A stretch of 64,000 bases of DNA from Hydrolagus colliei. Taxonomy: Eukaryota. The translations under genes were made by a program, and so were the position numbers. The first letter of the stretch is position 1; each line of letters starts with the position of its first letter. The stretch is from positions 7,068,001 to 7,132,000 of the forward strand of contig CM068752.1 of assembly GCA_035084275.1 (NCBI GenBank), written 5' to 3'. Under the pieces are notes generated by a model. That model searched no databases, had not been told where the DNA came from, and saw only the letters and a program-made list of their open reading frames with translations. Shown one piece after another: positions 63,852-64,000 of this stretch.

Positions 63852-64000
63852 CAGGTAGACCTTGCTTAACATTGCTTTGGTTAATATTGTTTTGTTATTA
63901 CGTCGCTGATACATAGGTGAACATGTATCCATTTAATGTCACAACGTTAACTATTATAATGGAACATTGAGTCATTCTATTAGAAACTTCAAAATTCTAT
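63852..64000. mobile_element. probable left end of a Tigger-like MITE, cut by the window edge
   Basis: TA followed by CAGGTAGACCTTGCTTAAC..., a pogo/Tigger-style terminus. Partner TIR not visible. Confidence 0.4.

Overview
Vertebrate genomic DNA, not prokaryotic. The repeat content (tRNA-derived SINE with an L2-like tail, L2/CR1 LINE remnants, Deu-domain and AmnSINE2-like relics) suggests a cartilaginous fish, probably a chimaera; this is inferred, not proven. Two genes lie tail-to-tail. On the + strand is the 3' part of FAM193B: 9 coding exons from 638 to 14886 with canonical GT-AG sites and consistent phases, 930 codons plus stop, and a probable 3'-UTR exon at about 18329-18965. On the - strand is a complete 2-exon HAND1 (CDS 37797-37306 joined to 35939-35841, 196 aa) with TATA, CCAAT and polyA signals. 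The stretch from 38 to 64 kb has no recognisable genes, only a CpG-rich block and candidate enhancers among repeats. Most ORFs in the supplied track are repeat-derived or spurious. I see no convincing new protein-coding system. The best leads are the unexpected FAM193B-HAND1 adjacency (with a degenerate telomere-like array and co-oriented CTCF-like sites between the genes), a HAND1 that keeps many HAND2-like residues, HAND1 UTR elements, a repeat insertion and splice options in FAM193B, and about 60-nt tail-only L2 insertions. Family and gene comparisons are from memory, without alignment.
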